Shown piece by piece: positions 7,944-18,100 of a stretch of 64,000 bases of DNA (positions within the stretch are counted from its first letter, which is position 1; the number at the start of each line of letters is the position of its first letter). The notes under the pieces are model-generated. The model did not search any database. It saw only the letters and a list, made by a program, of their open reading frames with translations, and was not told where the DNA came from. A program made the position numbers and the translations under genes. The stretch lies in the IMG/VR virus record IMGVR_UViG_3300049137_000145, positions 1 to 64,000 of that record; one strand, written 5' to 3'. Origin of the DNA: a virus.

Positions 7944-8663
7944 ATGGGCACCATAACCATTTCGCACACCCGGGCCGGCGGAACCCTGCTGGAGGGGTCG
8001 TGCAGAAGCGCCGAGGTCGCGGACCTCGTCAGACCGTTCGGTTTCGAGGTCATCCCGTCGCTGGACTGTCTGGGCATCGCCCGGTCCCGTAACCGGGCCG
8101 CACAGCGGTGGCGCATCGACGGAGCCCGGACCGCGCTGGAGGCAGCCGGCTGGAACGTGATCGTGGTGCTCGATGACGACACGCACCCGGCCGTGGCCGA
8201 CCCCCTGCGTGTCCTGCGTCGCATCGACAAACTGGAAGCGGACCGGCGTCGTGTCCGCAGGAGCCTGGACCGGTGCATTGCCGGGTCTCCAGTCGCGGAG
8301 GAACTGGCGGGCCAGCTCGCCGAGCTGGACGAGCAGCTAGCTCACTGGCGTGAGCGCATCCGGCAGGCGGAGGCCGAAGGGTTCAAGGTCTGGTCCCGGG
8401 CCGACTTCCAGAAGGGCGATTTCGTGCGCTACCGGGGCACCTGGTACGAAGTGCTCCGGGTCAACGCGAAATCGCTGACCATTCCGCATGTCCATCACAG
8501 CGTCGGACGGGACGTCGTACGAGTCGGTGACGGAGACCTCGACTGGACGACGTGGACGGCCGGCTACCACGACGGCGTGACGGGCCGGATGAGTCCGGAC
8601 GAGATGAGGGCCTACGAACGGGAGCGGTCCGAACGGGGCTCTGCCCCACGCTGTACGGGGTAA
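7944..8663 (+). CDS. DUF3560-like protein
   Basis: The N-terminus MGTITISHTRAGGTLLEG resembles the DUF3560 family as I recall it. ATG at 7944 follows GACCAAGGAAACAAGGGGAGG. Confidence 0.55.
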   Translation: MGTITISHTRAGGTLLEGSCRSAEVADLVRPFGFEVIPSLDCLGIARSRNRAAQRWRIDGARTALEAAGWNVIVVLDDDTHPAVADPLRVLRRIDKLEADRRRVRRSLDRCIAGSPVAEELAGQLAELDEQLAHWRERIRQAEAEGFKVWSRADFQKGDFVRYRGTWYEVLRVNAKSLTIPHVHHSVGRDVVRVGDGDLDWTTWTAGYHDGVTGRMSPDEMRAYERERSERGSAPRCTG

Positions 8664-8976
8664 CTGACCGCTTTTGCACCCTGGCCAAAAGACAACATCC
8701 GGTGACTGATGCCCTGGTTTCGTTCCGGCCACGTGGAGCGGGGCCCTGCACGCGTACGCAGCAACTCGTTTGATTTTCAAGGGAGTTGCTGCGCGCCGTG
8801 ATCGTATCCGTGCAAGCCTCTGGACAGACTGCCTCTGAGCTGGGATTACTTACAATCGGAAGTCTGTCTCTCACTTTGTGTGGAGGTCGGATTTATCCGT
8901 GTGTGCGTCGTTCCAAGCGTGAGTGCACACAGCAATAGTTCAGTCTGAAAGTGTCACCGCGTCCGAGGAGATATGC

Positions 8977-9384
8977 GTGATACAGGGACTGTTGGGCGGT
9001 TATGCCGCATCTGAAGTGCGATGGCAAGATGAGGCCCTGTGCAACGGGGTCCCGCTGGAGACGTTCGTTCCGGACAAGGAAGACAGCGAAGGCCTGACGG
9101 AAGCCCGGAAGTACTGCGATCTGTGCCCCGTCCGGGGAGTATGCCTGCGCTACGCACTGACGTACGGTCTGCGTGGGTACTGGGGCGGAACTGACACGGC
9201 CGAGCGCCGTCGGCTCAAGGCCAAGAAGGACCGGGTCAAGTGCCCGTCTCCGACGTGCCAGTCCCGCAGAGTGATCGACCTGGAGGAATCCGACGACGCC
9301 CTGTGCCTGGCCTGCGGACTGTCGTGGCAGACCAGCGCCGCGTCACAGCCCCGCTACCGCTCCCAGGAGCGGTCGGCGGCCTGA
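8977..9384 (+). CDS. whiB: WhiB-family Fe-S transcription factor with an extra C-terminal zinc-ribbon-like extension
   Basis: Cys pattern C...CDLCPVRGVC and the GYWGG turn. The C-terminal part reads CPSPTC...CLAC. GTG start lies 7 nt after GAGGAG. Confidence 0.85.
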   Translation: MIQGLLGGYAASEVRWQDEALCNGVPLETFVPDKEDSEGLTEARKYCDLCPVRGVCLRYALTYGLRGYWGGTDTAERRRLKAKKDRVKCPSPTCQSRRVIDLEESDDALCLACGLSWQTSAASQPRYRSQERSAA

Positions 9385-9419
9385 CGGCCCTCCCCGATGT
9401 CAGCGGGGAGGGCCGTCAG
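9381..9419. terminator. 15-bp-stem hairpin after whiB
   Basis: CTGACGGCCCTCCCC, loop, GGGGAGGGCCGTCAG. Confidence 0.65.
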
Positions 9420-9434
9420 TAGGACCAACGTAGC

Positions 9435-9469
9435 GGCCTGGCGACCACTCAGTGAGTGGTCGCCAGGCC
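9435..9469. terminator. second 15-bp-stem hairpin between convergent genes
   Basis: GGCCTGGCGACCACT, loop, AGTGGTCGCCAGGCC. Confidence 0.65.
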
Positions 9470-9505
9470 TTATTGCGGTGAACTCGCACTACCCGGGGGC
9501 ATGTC

Positions 9506-10594
9506 TCACGCGGCGTGCGCCCCTGGTGCACTTTGCAGGTCCCGCGCCCGCGACCATGCCTCCATCCACCGCCACGCGTTCGCGGACAAGCGCAGACTCC
9601 CGGCCACCGCACGTCCGGCCTCCGCCCGTTCGGCGCGCAGCCCGGGGCTGACAACCAGCCGGCGCAGTTCCCGGTACCAGCGGCGCGGAGTGTCGGCGAG
9701 GACGCCCGCCCCCAGCTCGTGCAGGCGGACGTATTCCGCCCGGGGCGATGCCACCCACGGGATCCCGAGAGCACTCAGCTCCAACGGCTTGAGCCACGAC
9801 TTCGCAGCGTTGAACCGGGTGTCGGCGAGCGGGGCGATGCCTATGCCGATGTCCCCGGCCACGGCCGCCGGCCAGCCGTGCACGTCCACCCCCGTACGCC
9901 CCTGCGGATCGTGGAACAGGCCGAACGCGCGCCCGACGCCAACCGGGTCGCCGACGACGCGGAAGTCCGCGCCCTCGGACACCAGGCGCGCAACAGCCCC
10001 GCCGACCACAGCAGGGTCGTCCGGGTGGCTCGCCAGGGCCGCCGGCCAGCCGATGGTGTCCCGATCCACGCGCGGCAGGCCGTAGTAGGTGTCGGGCAGG
10101 TGGTTGTAGAGCACATGGCCGCGTCCGTGCCGGGCGTAGCGCTCCAGCAGGGCGGGTGTGGAGACGGTGACCAGCGTCGCCTCCCGGCAGGCGGCGGTCA
10201 GGTGCTGCCAGGAGTGCCGGTGCACCTGACGGGTGAACCGGTCGTAGCGCCCGACGGTGCGCGGGTGCATCGAGTCGTAGGCCGGGTTCCGGGGGTGCAC
10301 GGCGGTCAGGTCGTCGTCCACGTCCACGACCACGGCGATGCCCTTGGCGCGCAGCAGCGGTACGGCCTCGGCCATCCACTGGTGCGTGAGACGCTGGAAA
10401 ACGATCACGTCCACGTCGTCCACGTCCAGGACGTCCTCCGCGTGGTTGTCCGCACCGATACGGAGTTTCAGGCCCCGGTCGGCGGGCGGACGGATCTCCA
10501 CGTCGTGGCCGTCCGCCCGCAGCAGCTCCGCCGGCCAGATCAGCCGGAAGTACCCGCACCCGCCGAGATCCGCCGGGTACACCACGATTTTCAT
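9506..10594 (-). CDS. glycosyltransferase-like protein
   Basis: 362-aa ORF. The N-terminal Rossmann-like segment KIVVYPADLGGCGYFRLIWPAELL and overall size resemble phage GT-B glycosyltransferases. No diagnostic motif was seen. Confidence 0.5.
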   Translation of the reverse strand: MKIVVYPADLGGCGYFRLIWPAELLRADGHDVEIRPPADRGLKLRIGADNHAEDVLDVDDVDVIVFQRLTHQWMAEAVPLLRAKGIAVVVDVDDDLTAVHPRNPAYDSMHPRTVGRYDRFTRQVHRHSWQHLTAACREATLVTVSTPALLERYARHGRGHVLYNHLPDTYYGLPRVDRDTIGWPAALASHPDDPAVVGGAVARLVSEGADFRVVGDPVGVGRAFGLFHDPQGRTGVDVHGWPAAVAGDIGIGIAPLADTRFNAAKSWLKPLELSALGIPWVASPRAEYVRLHELGAGVLADTPRRWYRELRRLVVSPGLRAERAEAGRAVAGSLRLSANAWRWMEAWSRARDLQSAPGAHAA

Positions 10595-10636
10595 TCCCCT
10601 GGTCTCCGCTCCCTGGTCATCCTGTCTGCCGCCTGG

Positions 10637-10864
10637 TCACTGCCGGGCAGCGGATCCTCCGCCGTCCCCGTCCGCTGCGTCCGTCCGGGACTTGGCTGGA
10701 CGGCCCCTGGACGGCCGTTTCCCCTCCGCAGGGTGCGTGGAGTCGCCTGCGTCCTCCAACGGCCGCAGACGGGCGTCCAGTGCGTCCAGACGCTCCTCCA
10801 GGGCCTCAGTGGCCTGACGCACAGCGTCGTCTATGAGAACTCGCATCCTCGCTTCCTGGGACAT
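10637..10864 (-). CDS. hypothetical coiled-coil protein
   Basis: ORF track. Confidence 0.5.
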   Translation of the reverse strand: MSQEARMRVLIDDAVRQATEALEERLDALDARLRPLEDAGDSTHPAEGKRPSRGRPAKSRTDAADGDGGGSAARQ

Positions 10865-10872
10865 GCCGCCTC

Positions 10873-11847
10873 CTACGCGTCGATCTTGGACTTGATGGCG
10901 TCCACGGCCTGTTTCAGCTCGGTGAGCTGCCGCCCGTTGGACCGGGACTGCGCCCGGATCTCCCGCACCGCCGTGGTGGTGGACTGGACGTGAGTGGCGA
11001 AGGTCCAGTGTTTGTTCGTTGCGTAGTCGGAGGCGTCGGCCGGAGCGGTGAGGACGCCGTCCGTGGTGAAGATGCGCCGGACGTCGCTGCTCTCCAGCAC
11101 TCCGCCGCCGGCGACCAGCTTCTTCACCACCGCGTCAGCGATCTTGTTGATGTCCGTTTCGCTCAGTGCCATGTCCTCGTCCTCTCCGGGCGACCAGCCG
11201 GGATCGTGACGCAGCCGCTCGGCCACGTCGATGCGGAGCTGCTTGGGTGTGAACTCGAACCGGCCCCGGTTGCCATAACCCTCCACGGGGCCGCGCGGAT
11301 CCGGCTTGCCCTCTACCGACGTCTCCCTGTGGCAGGCGACAGACTCGGCGGACCAGCCGTAGTACCGGCAGATGGCGGCATTGACGCGCACCCATGCGTC
11401 GTACTGGACACGCGGGTAGACGTCCTTGCCGTCGCCGAGGTTTTCGGTCTCGATCCCGTAGCTGACGTCGTTGCCGTCGATGGTGCCGGATGCCCTGGAC
11501 GGCGCCGGATGCGTCACCAGTTCGTCGCGGAAGCTCTGGTAGGCGTTGACGGCCATCGGACCGGCGTGGTTCGCGCGGCCGGCGGAGCACATCGTGGCCA
11601 GGCCGTCCTTGGCCAAGTGGATGTGGGCCAGGGGCGGGGGCAGGCCCGGGACGCCGTCCCGGGCAACGATGTCCCGGGAGTTCCGGCCGGCCGTGTGGTG
11701 GTTGAGGATCAGCCGCACGGGGCCGAAGGCGATGCCGGTCTCGTCATCGCGCTCCCGGGTGCGCCACCCGGGGTACTCGGAGACGCGTACGCCTTCGGCC
11801 CGCAGGGTGCGTATGAAGGTGTCGGGGACCATCGGCGTCGCCATCAC
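10873..11847 (-). CDS. endolysin, N-acetylmuramoyl-L-alanine amidase (PGRP / Amidase_2 type)
   Basis: Segments LNHHTAG, GRANHAG, YGIETEN and CHRETS..KPDP are typical of amidase_2 lysins. Confidence 0.8.
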   Translation of the reverse strand: MMATPMVPDTFIRTLRAEGVRVSEYPGWRTRERDDETGIAFGPVRLILNHHTAGRNSRDIVARDGVPGLPPPLAHIHLAKDGLATMCSAGRANHAGPMAVNAYQSFRDELVTHPAPSRASGTIDGNDVSYGIETENLGDGKDVYPRVQYDAWVRVNAAICRYYGWSAESVACHRETSVEGKPDPRGPVEGYGNRGRFEFTPKQLRIDVAERLRHDPGWSPGEDEDMALSETDINKIADAVVKKLVAGGGVLESSDVRRIFTTDGVLTAPADASDYATNKHWTFATHVQSTTTAVREIRAQSRSNGRQLTELKQAVDAIKSKIDA

Positions 11848-12137
11848 ACACGCTCCGGGAAGTGCCAGGTGCCGCCGGTGTGGTCGTCCTCGTCCTGGAG
11901 GACGAACTGGTTGAAGAACATGCCGGTGGGGTTCATCACGGCCAGCGAGACGAACACGCAGCCCGGCTCAGAGTCCGGCGCCACGTCGGTAGCGGTGACG
12001 ATGGCTGCGCGGCACTGCGAGGTGTACTCCTGCGAGCCGTCCGGCCGGTACGGCGTGCCATGGCTGACGTAGTGGACGACCCGCCCGACGGACGGGCGTT
12101 GTGTCCCGGGTATCTCAGGTGTCTCCGGATGCTCCAC
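11844..12137 (-). CDS. hypothetical protein in the lysis cassette
   Basis: Frame of ORF 11844..12161. GTG at 12137 lies 6 nt after AAGGAG. ATG at 12161 is an alternative start. Confidence 0.5.
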   Translation of the reverse strand: MEHPETPEIPGTQRPSVGRVVHYVSHGTPYRPDGSQEYTSQCRAAIVTATDVAPDSEPGCVFVSLAVMNPTGMFFNQFVLQDEDDHTGGTWHFPERV

Positions 12138-12435
12138 TGCGGGCTCCTTTGATCTGCGCATGGCCCACGAGCCATGCCTGGTAAAGCATCAGCACCCCGA
12201 AGAGGGCCGCGAGGAATCCACGCACGATGCGCAGGAGTTCCGCGTCGGACCGCATCACGGTGATGCCGATGGAGATGGCCATGAACGCCGCAACGGCCAG
12301 CGCCTTGGTGACGAGCAGACGTCCGACGGCGTCCCGCCACCACCTGGCGAACACGCTGTAGACAGCTACGAAGGCCAGGCACCCGACGAGCGCCAGGACG
12401 CTGCCCCACAGGTTCACGGCCTCACCGCCCGTCAT
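12115..12435 (-). CDS. holin-like membrane protein with about 3 transmembrane segments
   Basis: Hydrophobic stretches LWGSVLALVGCLAFVAVYSVF, ALAVAAFMAISIGITV and FLAALFGVLMLY. It sits next to the endolysin. Confidence 0.55.
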   Translation of the reverse strand: MTGGEAVNLWGSVLALVGCLAFVAVYSVFARWWRDAVGRLLVTKALAVAAFMAISIGITVMRSDAELLRIVRGFLAALFGVLMLYQAWLVGHAQIKGARSGASGDT

Positions 12436-12653
12436 CGGAACTTTCCCCCCAGCGCATCACGGACCAACGGGGCGAAGTGGTTCCTCTCGCCCAGCGTGCG
12501 CAGGGTACGGGAAATCTCCCGAATCTCCGACGTACGGCTGCGGGCCTGGACGATCTCCTCTCTCAGGCACTGGAGCGCTTCCTGGGCCGCCTGCACGTCC
12601 TCGTCCGGCTGCGTGCGGACGGGGTCACTCTTCCGACGTCTGCGCCAGAGCAC
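12432..12653 (-). CDS. hypothetical protein in the lysis cassette
   Basis: Frame of ORF 12432..12698. GTG at 12653 lies 5 nt after GGAGG. Confidence 0.4.
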   Translation of the reverse strand: MLWRRRRKSDPVRTQPDEDVQAAQEALQCLREEIVQARSRTSEIREISRTLRTLGERNHFAPLVRDALGGKFR

Positions 12654-12945
12654 GGCCGCCTCCTTCCCGGTTGATCCGGGCCGCCTCGGAGACGGCATCC
12701 AGCACGCGTTCGGTCGTCCGCGCGGTACCCATCAGCAGATCGAGCTGGGACTGCTGGAGTTCGATCATCTCCAGGCGCCCTTCGGCAAGGGCACGCCATA
12801 CGTCAATCTGTCTGTCCTTGTCCTGCACGACCAGGTCCACGGTGCTGCGCGGGACCAGCAGGCCCCGCAGCACCATGAGCACGACGAGCAGGACGACTCC
12901 GCCGGCGCCGAGCGTAGGCGTGAGAAACGACGTCATCCCGTCCAC
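12625..12945 (-). CDS. N-terminally anchored membrane protein, possibly a lysis accessory
   Basis: Single transmembrane segment GAGGVVLLVVLMVLRGLLV followed by a coiled-coil region. Confidence 0.5.
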   Translation of the reverse strand: MDGMTSFLTPTLGAGGVVLLVVLMVLRGLLVPRSTVDLVVQDKDRQIDVWRALAEGRLEMIELQQSQLDLLMGTARTTERVLDAVSEAARINREGGGRALAQTSEE

Positions 12946-12999
12946 GGGTCAGTCCTCCTGCAATCCCGGGGCGCGGTGTATGAGGCTGTTCACGATTCG

Positions 13000-13479
13000 T
13001 CACGACCCCGTGAGCCAGGTGAGGTCGGCGGCGGCAACGGCGCTGGTCGCGGTCCGCAGGTCGTCCGGACTCAGGATTCCTTTGTCCAGGAGAGACTTGG
13101 CCAGCCCCACCAGCATGACATCTTGACTGAACAGCAGTGCCCGCTGCGCCGTCGGCAGGGCGGCGACGTCCACGCCGAGCCGGGCCAGCAGTGCCCGGTG
13201 TGCGGCCCAGAGGGCGCGGAGGTGCGTCCGTGTGACGTCGCCCGATCCGGGCTGGGAGAACACGGCCTGGGCCCCGGTCTCGTCCGTCCCCGTGTAGCTC
13301 CAGGCGGTGACGGGGGTCAGCCCGGACGCGGCCATCGCCGCCTCGGCCGCCGACTGGGCCCCGGCCAGGCCCGAGGCCTTCAGAGGGGCCGTTGGGAGAT
13401 GCGGGCGGTCGGACGCGATGAACCATGACCCCAGGTCGTGGTCACGGTAGACGCGCACAGTGGCGTATCCGGCGGGCAC
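13000..13479 (-). CDS. hypothetical protein
   Basis: ORF track. Confidence 0.55.
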   Translation of the reverse strand: MPAGYATVRVYRDHDLGSWFIASDRPHLPTAPLKASGLAGAQSAAEAAMAASGLTPVTAWSYTGTDETGAQAVFSQPGSGDVTRTHLRALWAAHRALLARLGVDVAALPTAQRALLFSQDVMLVGLAKSLLDKGILSPDDLRTATSAVAAADLTWLTGS

Positions 13480-13486
13480 GTGGACC

Positions 13487-14026
13487 TCACAGGGGGATGA
13501 CGGTCAGGCGACGGGACTGAAAGGTGCCGGTGCCTCCGGCTACGCGGTACTTGGCCGTGAAGACGTTGTTCCCGGCGGTCAGGTCTTCGTGGTAGACGAA
13601 CTGACTGGCGACGATGCCGACGTTGGCGGCGCCGTAGACGCCCAGCGCCCGGTTGTCGGCCGCCGCGACGGATGACGCACCGGAAACCTCGTAGCCCATG
13701 CGCGTGGAAAAAGTGGACGAGTTGTGGAGCGACCCGGAGACAACCACGATGGCGCAGTTGCTGGTCGCCACGCTGACGGACGGGCCGAGGGTGCCGCCGT
13801 CCAGATCGGAGTAGCTGGTGGACGTCGTGGTGTCCGAGACGAGCTGGGTTGCCAGTTTCCCGCTCCGTTCCACGATCTGGTTCGTCGCCGACGTGACGAA
13901 GTAGCCGCCGGGGGTGGTCGCCTTGGCGGGCGCCACCTCGGCGAGGTTGTCCCGGACGAAGGTGTTGAACTGGGCCGCCGTGAAAACCGAGCCCGCGACG
14001 GCGGTCATGGGTGCTGTCCAGGCCAT
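13487..14026 (-). CDS. minor tail / fibre-like protein, paralog 2
   Basis: Starts MAWTAPMTAVAGSVFTAAQFNTFVRDNL. It aligns along its full length with the 14041..14583 product. ATG at 14026 follows GGGGAGGAG. Confidence 0.65.
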   Translation of the reverse strand: MAWTAPMTAVAGSVFTAAQFNTFVRDNLAEVAPAKATTPGGYFVTSATNQIVERSGKLATQLVSDTTTSTSYSDLDGGTLGPSVSVATSNCAIVVVSGSLHNSSTFSTRMGYEVSGASSVAAADNRALGVYGAANVGIVASQFVYHEDLTAGNNVFTAKYRVAGGTGTFQSRRLTVIPL

Positions 14027-14040
14027 GGCCTGCTCCTCCC

Positions 14041-14583
14041 CTACAGCGGCAGAACCGCTATCTCGCGGTCCCGGAAGCTGGCCGTGCCGGTCGCGCCGAC
14101 CCGGTACTTCATGGTGAACGTGTTCGTGCCGGGGTTGAGCCCGGTGAAGATGTGGAAGGACGCACCGCGCACGAAGTTGCCGGCCGTGACGCCGTCGGCG
14201 GAGTGCTGCCAGGCGTTGCTCGCCGCGACGGTGGATGCGCCGCTCACCGCGACGGAACACGCGGTCTCGTTGTTGTCCAGGCTGTGCGACTGGCTGGCCG
14301 CGAACCAGACGAACGCCGTCGTGCCGGTAGTGACGGACACCGAAGGGCCGGCGGTGGTCAGGTCGGTGTAGCTGGATGACGTGGTCGACTCACGGGTGGC
14401 GATGGACGCCTGCGAGGGGACGCGGGTCGTGATCACGTTGGGACCCGTGGAGACGAACAACTGGCTGGGCGCGGTCGCCTTGGCAGGCGCCGTTTCGTTC
14501 AGGTTGTCGCGTACGTGCTGGTTGAATGCCGCCGCTGTGAAGGTCGCCCCGGCGACAGCAGTCATGGGTGCACTCCAGGCCAC
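14041..14583 (-). CDS. minor tail / fibre-like protein, paralog 1
   Basis: Starts MAWSAPMTAVAGATFTAAAFNQHVRDNL. Tandem paralog of the downstream gene. Confidence 0.65.
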   Translation of the reverse strand: MAWSAPMTAVAGATFTAAAFNQHVRDNLNETAPAKATAPSQLFVSTGPNVITTRVPSQASIATRESTTSSSYTDLTTAGPSVSVTTGTTAFVWFAASQSHSLDNNETACSVAVSGASTVAASNAWQHSADGVTAGNFVRGASFHIFTGLNPGTNTFTMKYRVGATGTASFRDREIAVLPL

Positions 14584-14637
14584 GGTTCAGGCCACCTCCA
14601 AAACGCAGTTATCGAAACGGGTTCGTTCCGGTACCGG

Positions 14638-14706
14638 CTGTACCCTCTCCGTCGTATAACGCCTATGAGGAGCCAATTTTTCGGTTAACGGACGGAGAGG
14701 GTACAG
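14638..14706. repeat. perfect 16-bp inverted repeat with a 37-nt AT-richer loop
   Basis: CTGTACCCTCTCCGTC at 14638-14653 pairs with GACGGAGAGGGTACAG at 14691-14706. It lies in a 225-nt gap upstream of the fibre paralogs. Confidence 0.7.
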
Positions 14707-14809
14707 CGGGTACGGTTCCATGCAGTGTGCTCTCACCAGTGGATTTTCGGCCTTAACCCTTACAGGCCCTAACGTTTTCTGGTGGTTGCGACGACTCCAC
14801 GGGCCTCGG

Positions 14810-15175
14810 TCAGTGCACTCCGTGCTCCTCGTTCTCCGACTCCAGGTCCCGCACGCTCTGGCCGTGAGGGAGGCCGAATCGGATCGCCACGGGGTGATCG
14901 GTCGGGTACCAGTTGCGGGTGCCGGGTACCGGCCTCCGTGCGAGCACGGCGAAGAGGGCGTGCCGGTCGTCGGGCCAGGAGATGGGCGCCTGCATGCCGC
15001 AGTGGGAGCACAGGTAGAAGTCGGCCGGCACGTCCCGTGGACCGCCCATGCGCGACGGCCGGTACAGGAACTCCACGTTCCCGCAGCCGCCACCCGGGCG
15101 CGGGCAGTCCGCCACCCACTCCCCGTTGTAGACGTACGCACGGGCCACCGGGGTCCGTTCGCGGGGTACTTCCAC
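14810..15175 (-). CDS. Cys-rich hypothetical protein in the tail module
   Basis: Frame of ORF 14810..15232. GTG at 15175 lies 5 nt after GAGGAGG and 10 nt after the upstream stop. Confidence 0.5.
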   Translation of the reverse strand: MEVPRERTPVARAYVYNGEWVADCPRPGGGCGNVEFLYRPSRMGGPRDVPADFYLCSHCGMQAPISWPDDRHALFAVLARRPVPGTRNWYPTDHPVAIRFGLPHGQSVRDLESENEEHGVH

Positions 15176-15185
15176 ACCTGCCTCC

Positions 15186-18100
15186 TCATGTGCCGAGACG
15201 CCCCCGGTCGAACTGGCCCCGGACCGGGTCATCGAACGTGAACACCTCGCCGGGGTCGTCCGCCGTTGTCAGGTCGAACACGCCCTGGTCGAACCCGGCG
15301 CCGCGCTGGTCGAACCGGAAAGCGTTGGACGGCGCGGCCCAGTCCTGCTCGCAGCCGAGGACCACCGCGTGCACCGGCGGCCGGCCGGTCCGGCCCAGGC
15401 GCTGCACCGTGTGCGTGACGCGCTCCACGAAAAAGTCGCTGTCCAGGCCCATCTCACCGTTCACGATCCGGATGCGGTCGCTGACCGTGCGCTGGAGCAC
15501 CTGAGTGAAGTGCGCCGGGTCCTGCGAGACGATGCGGAGCTGCACCGTGGGCCGCCTGCGCCCGTAGTGCCGCAGGATCATGCTGGCGATGGCCTCCGCG
15601 TCAGCCGGGTTCGCCCACGGCGCGCTGTCTGGGTAGGCCCGCTCCCCGTGCCGGGTGACCGAGCCGGGGTCGGTGAGGGACACCCTTACCGTCCGGGCCA
15701 CCGTCAACGGCCGGGCCCTGAGTTGCAGCTTCGTCACGGTCACTGACCGCCCGAGACACTTCAGAGTCAGCGTGGCCGAGACTCCCGAGTTCCGGCTGAG
15801 CACCGTCTGCACCCACCCGGACGACAGGTTGTCGTAGATCAGGTCTACGCCCGGTACGGGCGGCAGGGCCCCCACGAACGGCTCCGAGGCACGGACTTCA
15901 ACATCGACCGACTGACCCTGAGTCAGCGTGTACGTGGAGTTGTCCGTCCATACGACCTCGGGCACTGCGGCAGGCTCACGTTCCTCCACGTCGAACGTGA
16001 CCGAGTTGACGATGTCCCTCCAGCCGTGGGAGTAGACGAACGGCTTGGTGAAGCTGTACCCGGGCACCGCCGGGGCGGTGGTTGAGCAGTCCGCCAGACG
16101 CCCGGCGGAGAACACCGCACGCGGTGTCAGGGACTGGGGGCGCTGGAGCCGGTGGTGCCTGTCGCGGAAGGTGAAGACCCCGCCCGGCGAGACGTAGGCG
16201 AGGGCCGGCGGTCCTTCACTCTTCACCAGATCGTTGATCGCGCTCAGGGCGTCGGTGTCCTCCAGCCACCAGTACCGCACCACCGAGGCGCCCCGGTCGA
16301 TGTCCCGCCCACCGGTCCATCCGGCGAGGTCCAGTACGAGGTTGATCAGGTCACCGGTGCGCATCGAGGTGTAGACGCCGGTCGACAGCTTGATGCCGGC
16401 CAGGTCGTTGAGGCCGTCCAGGAAGGTGAAATCCGCCGTGCGGTCGCCGAAGTCGGCCTGCACGGTGTAGTCGTCAATGCGGCCCCGGAACAGCGGGTAC
16501 CGCTGGCCGTTGAAGTCCACACTCGCGCTCATCGTGCGGGCCGGGTCCAGGTCACCGCTCAGCGGGCTCAGGGCGTTGTCCGGGCTGTACCGGCGAGTGG
16601 AGTTGTCCAGGGTGAACGCCGCGGAGCCGACGACCGCCGGCCCGAGCTGTCGTTCCTGGTCCCTGCCGTAGCTGACCGATATGTCGCTGACGATCTCCGC
16701 CGTGACGTCTTCCGGGTCTGTCGGGGCGTAGACCGCGAAGTCACTGTAGGAGAACGTCACCGGGAGCGTGTTCGTGGCGGCGGCCCCGATCAGGGACCGC
16801 ACTCCGACGGATCCGGCCGCCGTCAGGCCGGTGTCCGTCACGCGGACGGGCCAGGTCTGGGGCTCCGTCGTCCCGGCTTTCCAGATCTTCGCCATGACCT
16901 GGTCGCCCGCCACACGCGTCCGCAGGGTGTAGCGGGTCCCGGCCGTGTAGGTCATCTCGGCCGTCGTCGCGGCGAGCTGTGTCTCTGTCCCTCCGACCCG
17001 CTTGCGCAGGGAGAGGACCGCCGACCCGTCCGGACGCAGCCACGCACGGGCCGCGTACGAGTTGTTTCCGTCGGTGTACCGGGTCAGCGCGTACACGTAG
17101 AAGCTGTCACCGGCCGGCGCCTGATCCGTGGTGAAATCCACCCGCAGGTCCACGTCCGCCGATGGGGACGGTGCGACGGAGAACCGGGACGCGGAACGTG
17201 AGCCGACCAAGTGGACGCCGGAGCCGCCGGTCACGGAGAAGTCGGACGCAGTGGCGCCCACGGTCCAGGTCTGTCCCGTGTCGGCCGTTCCCCAGCCTGC
17301 GGTGGCACTGCGCTGGAACGTGTCCCGGACGTACAGGTCCCCGACTTCCGACAGGCTGCCAGGGATCCCGTCGGCATCCCAGTCGATGACGAACCGGTAC
17401 CTGGGCAGGCCCTGCACGCCGCACAGGTCCCAGCCGCCCGGCTCGGAATGCACAGCGGCGTTGAACGCCTGGGCGGCCACCCGTGGGGTGCCCGGCAGGG
17501 CGTACGCCGTGGTGGTGACGGGCTTGAGGGCCAGGGACCACATGGTAGAGCCGCCCTGGCAGACGGCGTCCCCTCCGGCGGACGTGGTGAACCGCTGTGT
17601 CTGCGTACCGAGGGGCAGGCCCGCTGCGGAGTCGTACAGTGCGGCGAACAGCTCGCCGAATCCGTCGTTGTCGTCCACCCGCTCCACGTCGGCCGCCACC
17701 GAATTGGTGACGGTGCGGGCACCCCATGCCGAGCCGGTGCGGATGGTCACCAGCCAGTCGTCCGCCACCCGGGTAGTGATCTGCGGGTGCGCCTGCGTCG
17801 CTGCTGTGGCGTCCAGCGGCGCGATTGCCGTCCATCGCTCTATCGGCGCGGACGGATCGCAGCCGGTATAGGCAGCCGTGAAGGCCAGCACGTACGGACT
17901 GCCAGCGGGCCAGGGACTGGTGGAGAAGCTGACCGGCACGGTGGAGCCCAGCGAGCCGTTGTCCATGCGCCGGTACACCCACGTCCGGACGCGGGCGGTG
18001 TTCCCGCCCGACAATCCCGGCCCGCCGCCGGTGAGGAGCGTCCAGCCCAGAGGTGTGCTGAGCGGCCCGGTGTTGTCGTCCGTCACGATGACGAGCAGCA

